Source: a virus (lineage: Duplodnaviria; Caudoviricetes). Taken from it: a stretch of 55,042 bases of DNA. The DNA lies in the IMG/VR virus record IMGVR_UViG_3300044491_000241, positions 1 through 55,042 of that record. The stretch is one strand, 5' to 3'. A model generated the notes under the pieces. That model saw only the letters and a list, made by a program, of their open reading frames with translations. It had not been told where the DNA came from and made no database searches. Shown here one piece after another: positions 54,152 to 55,042 of this stretch (its first letter is position 1; each line of letters opens with the position of its first letter). The position numbers and the translations under genes were made by a program.

Positions 54152-54546
54152 AGAGGGTCGGGCATGGGCCACTGGGGGGTATAGCGTACGTATATATGCC
54201 CATTGACAGAGAGGGGTATTTTAGGTCTGTTAACCACATTTGGTAAAATAAGTAACGTAATGTTACAATATGTTACAGACTGGGTGTATATCTAGTAGTA
54301 TATACTGCGACATGTTGTCCTTTTATCTTCTTTTTCCTTGTTTAATACTTGAAGCGCGTATAACTATTGGTATAATATACTTATAGTAATACTAAGAGTA
54401 CTACTCTTCTACTTATTACTCTTATACATTATACTAAGTATAAGTAATATACTGTAAGTATTACTATTAGTACCCTCTCACCATTGTTTGTAGTCCCTTT
54501 CAGAATAAGTTCGTAGAACTTTTCGAAAGAAAATTCACAACTTAGG

Positions 54547-54574
54547 TTGACTTGTGGAGTACTTTGCGTACAAC
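54547..54574 (+). promoter_or_regulatory. Sigma70-like promoter at the start of the + strand block
   Basis: TTGACT-N16-TACAAC. Confidence 0.55.
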
Positions 54575-54597
54575 TACAGAAATTAGAAGAACTAAAA

Positions 54598-54852
54598 ATG
54601 AATAAAAAGATAAAGTACTTTGAGTCTGACTCAGTACTTGAAGAATTCTACAAAGCCCTAGCAGATAAAAACGAAAAGAGACTACGAAGAGTACACATTC
54701 CTCGTTCTGATGTCTTCTATGTTCGTAGAGCTTACTATGAGTCTACAGGTAATTGGATATCGCTAGATAGAATGGAACGATCTATGTACCTTGAGGGTAT
54801 GCTAAGGCGACAGGACGTACTAGATCCTGGTAGAAAGAGAGACTGGGAGTAA
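54598..54852 (+). CDS. Hypothetical protein
   Basis: ATG at 54598; HIPRSDVFYVR motif; directly abuts the wrap-around gene. Confidence 0.65.
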   Translation: MNKKIKYFESDSVLEEFYKALADKNEKRLRRVHIPRSDVFYVRRAYYESTGNWISLDRMERSMYLEGMLRRQDVLDPGRKRDWE

Positions 54853-55042
54853 ATGGTGGTAGATTTTGACATTGATGGTGACGGTAAGATCACTATAGAT
54901 GAAGTAACAATGAAAGAACGTATGCTTGAAGTAGAGCTACGTGAAGAGAAAGCAGAATCCCAAAAGAAAATGGCTTGGATAGCTATGCTTACCATGATTG
55001 TTTTCACAGTATTTCTGTTTACCCCTATGATGTCGGACACTA

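Overview
The window is an apparently complete, circularly assembled dsDNA podovirus-like phage genome of about 54.8 kb; bases 54827-55042 re-enter bases 1-216. The + strand (54598, wrapping round to 39472) carries lysis genes, small basic proteins, terminase, portal, scaffold, major capsid, adaptor/nozzle, tail fibres and ejection proteins. The - strand (53724 to 39506) carries early genes, tRNA-Arg(UCU), ThyX, an HD hydrolase, T7-like primase-helicase, PolA, SSB, nucleases, MazG and a class II RNR. I saw no RNA polymerase or integrase. DUF1127, DUF1289 and RPxxRP motifs suggest a marine alphaproteobacterial (Roseobacter-like) host, which is inference. The most striking element is a 7-gene cassette (24631-30156) directly after two tail-fibre genes that are studded with cysteines. 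It encodes a GT9-like glycosyltransferase with Arg in place of the catalytic Asp, a NodU/CmcH carbamoyltransferase, GmhB, HldC, HldA, a cupin and HldD. My hypothesis is a virion-decoration system that may attach carbamoylated heptose to cysteine thiols. All family calls come from motif recognition by eye; no searches were run.
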